NCBI RefSeq assembly: GCF_006345805.1
Contig: NC_042997.1
Location: forward strand, 68,944,001 to 69,008,000
Length of the DNA: 64,000 bases
Direction of reading: 5' to 3'
Origin: Octopus sinensis
Lineage: Eukaryota
Part shown: piece after piece, positions 63,835 to 64,000 of the stretch
How the letters are laid out: each line of letters opens with the position of its first letter
Position numbering within the stretch: position 1 is the first letter of the stretch
Position numbers and translations under genes: made by a program
Notes under the pieces: model-generated
What the model saw: only the letters and a program-made list of their open reading frames with translations
The model's database searches: none
Told to the model about the DNA's origin: nothing

Positions 63835-64000
63835 TGAATTCTTATTTCTTTACAGCCCACAGGGGGCTACACACAGAGGGGACAAACATGGATAGACAAA
63901 CGAATTAATTCGATTATATCAACCCCAGTGCGTAACTGGTACTTATCTAATCGACCCCGAAAGGATGAATGGCGAAGTCGACCTCGGCTGAATTTGAACT
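63835..64000 (-). mobile_element. SINE family A, running off the window end
   Basis: actggtacttatctaatcgaccccgaaaggatgaatggcgaagtcgacctcggc is the reverse complement of the family A core. Confidence 0.85.

Overview
AT-rich, microsatellite-saturated eukaryotic DNA. The SINE families and (TA)n/(CA)n/(TATG)n/(TAGA)n/(TAA)n load look most like a coleoid cephalopod, probably Octopus; this is recognition, not a database hit. I found no host protein-coding exon I can name. Almost all long ORFs in the supplied track are microsatellite read-throughs or transposon relics. Recognisable elements: Penelope-like elements (PLE), R4/Dong-type LINEs with a restriction-like endonuclease (REL), APE-type LINEs, a near-intact RTE reverse transcriptase, a deleted Ty3/Gypsy, several mariner and maT (DD37D) transposons, and three tRNA-derived SINE families. 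The standout is a head-to-tail array at 55975-57039 (466 nt + 487 nt + about 112 nt partial) inside a (TA)n tract. Each full unit carries a complete type I hammerhead ribozyme fold (core CUGACGA...GAAA, GUA cleavage site, palindromic loop 3) with an unusually large stem II insertion, i.e. a retrozyme-like source of a 487-nt potentially circular RNA. Other observations: minimal hammerhead-like variants in PLE termini, microsatellite-associated retroelement insertion, a locally templated 80-bp inverted insertion, a 5'-inverted REL LINE, many fold-back repeats, a pre-miRNA-like hairpin and a candidate TATA promoter with first exon. All folds and identities were worked out by eye and need computational confirmation.
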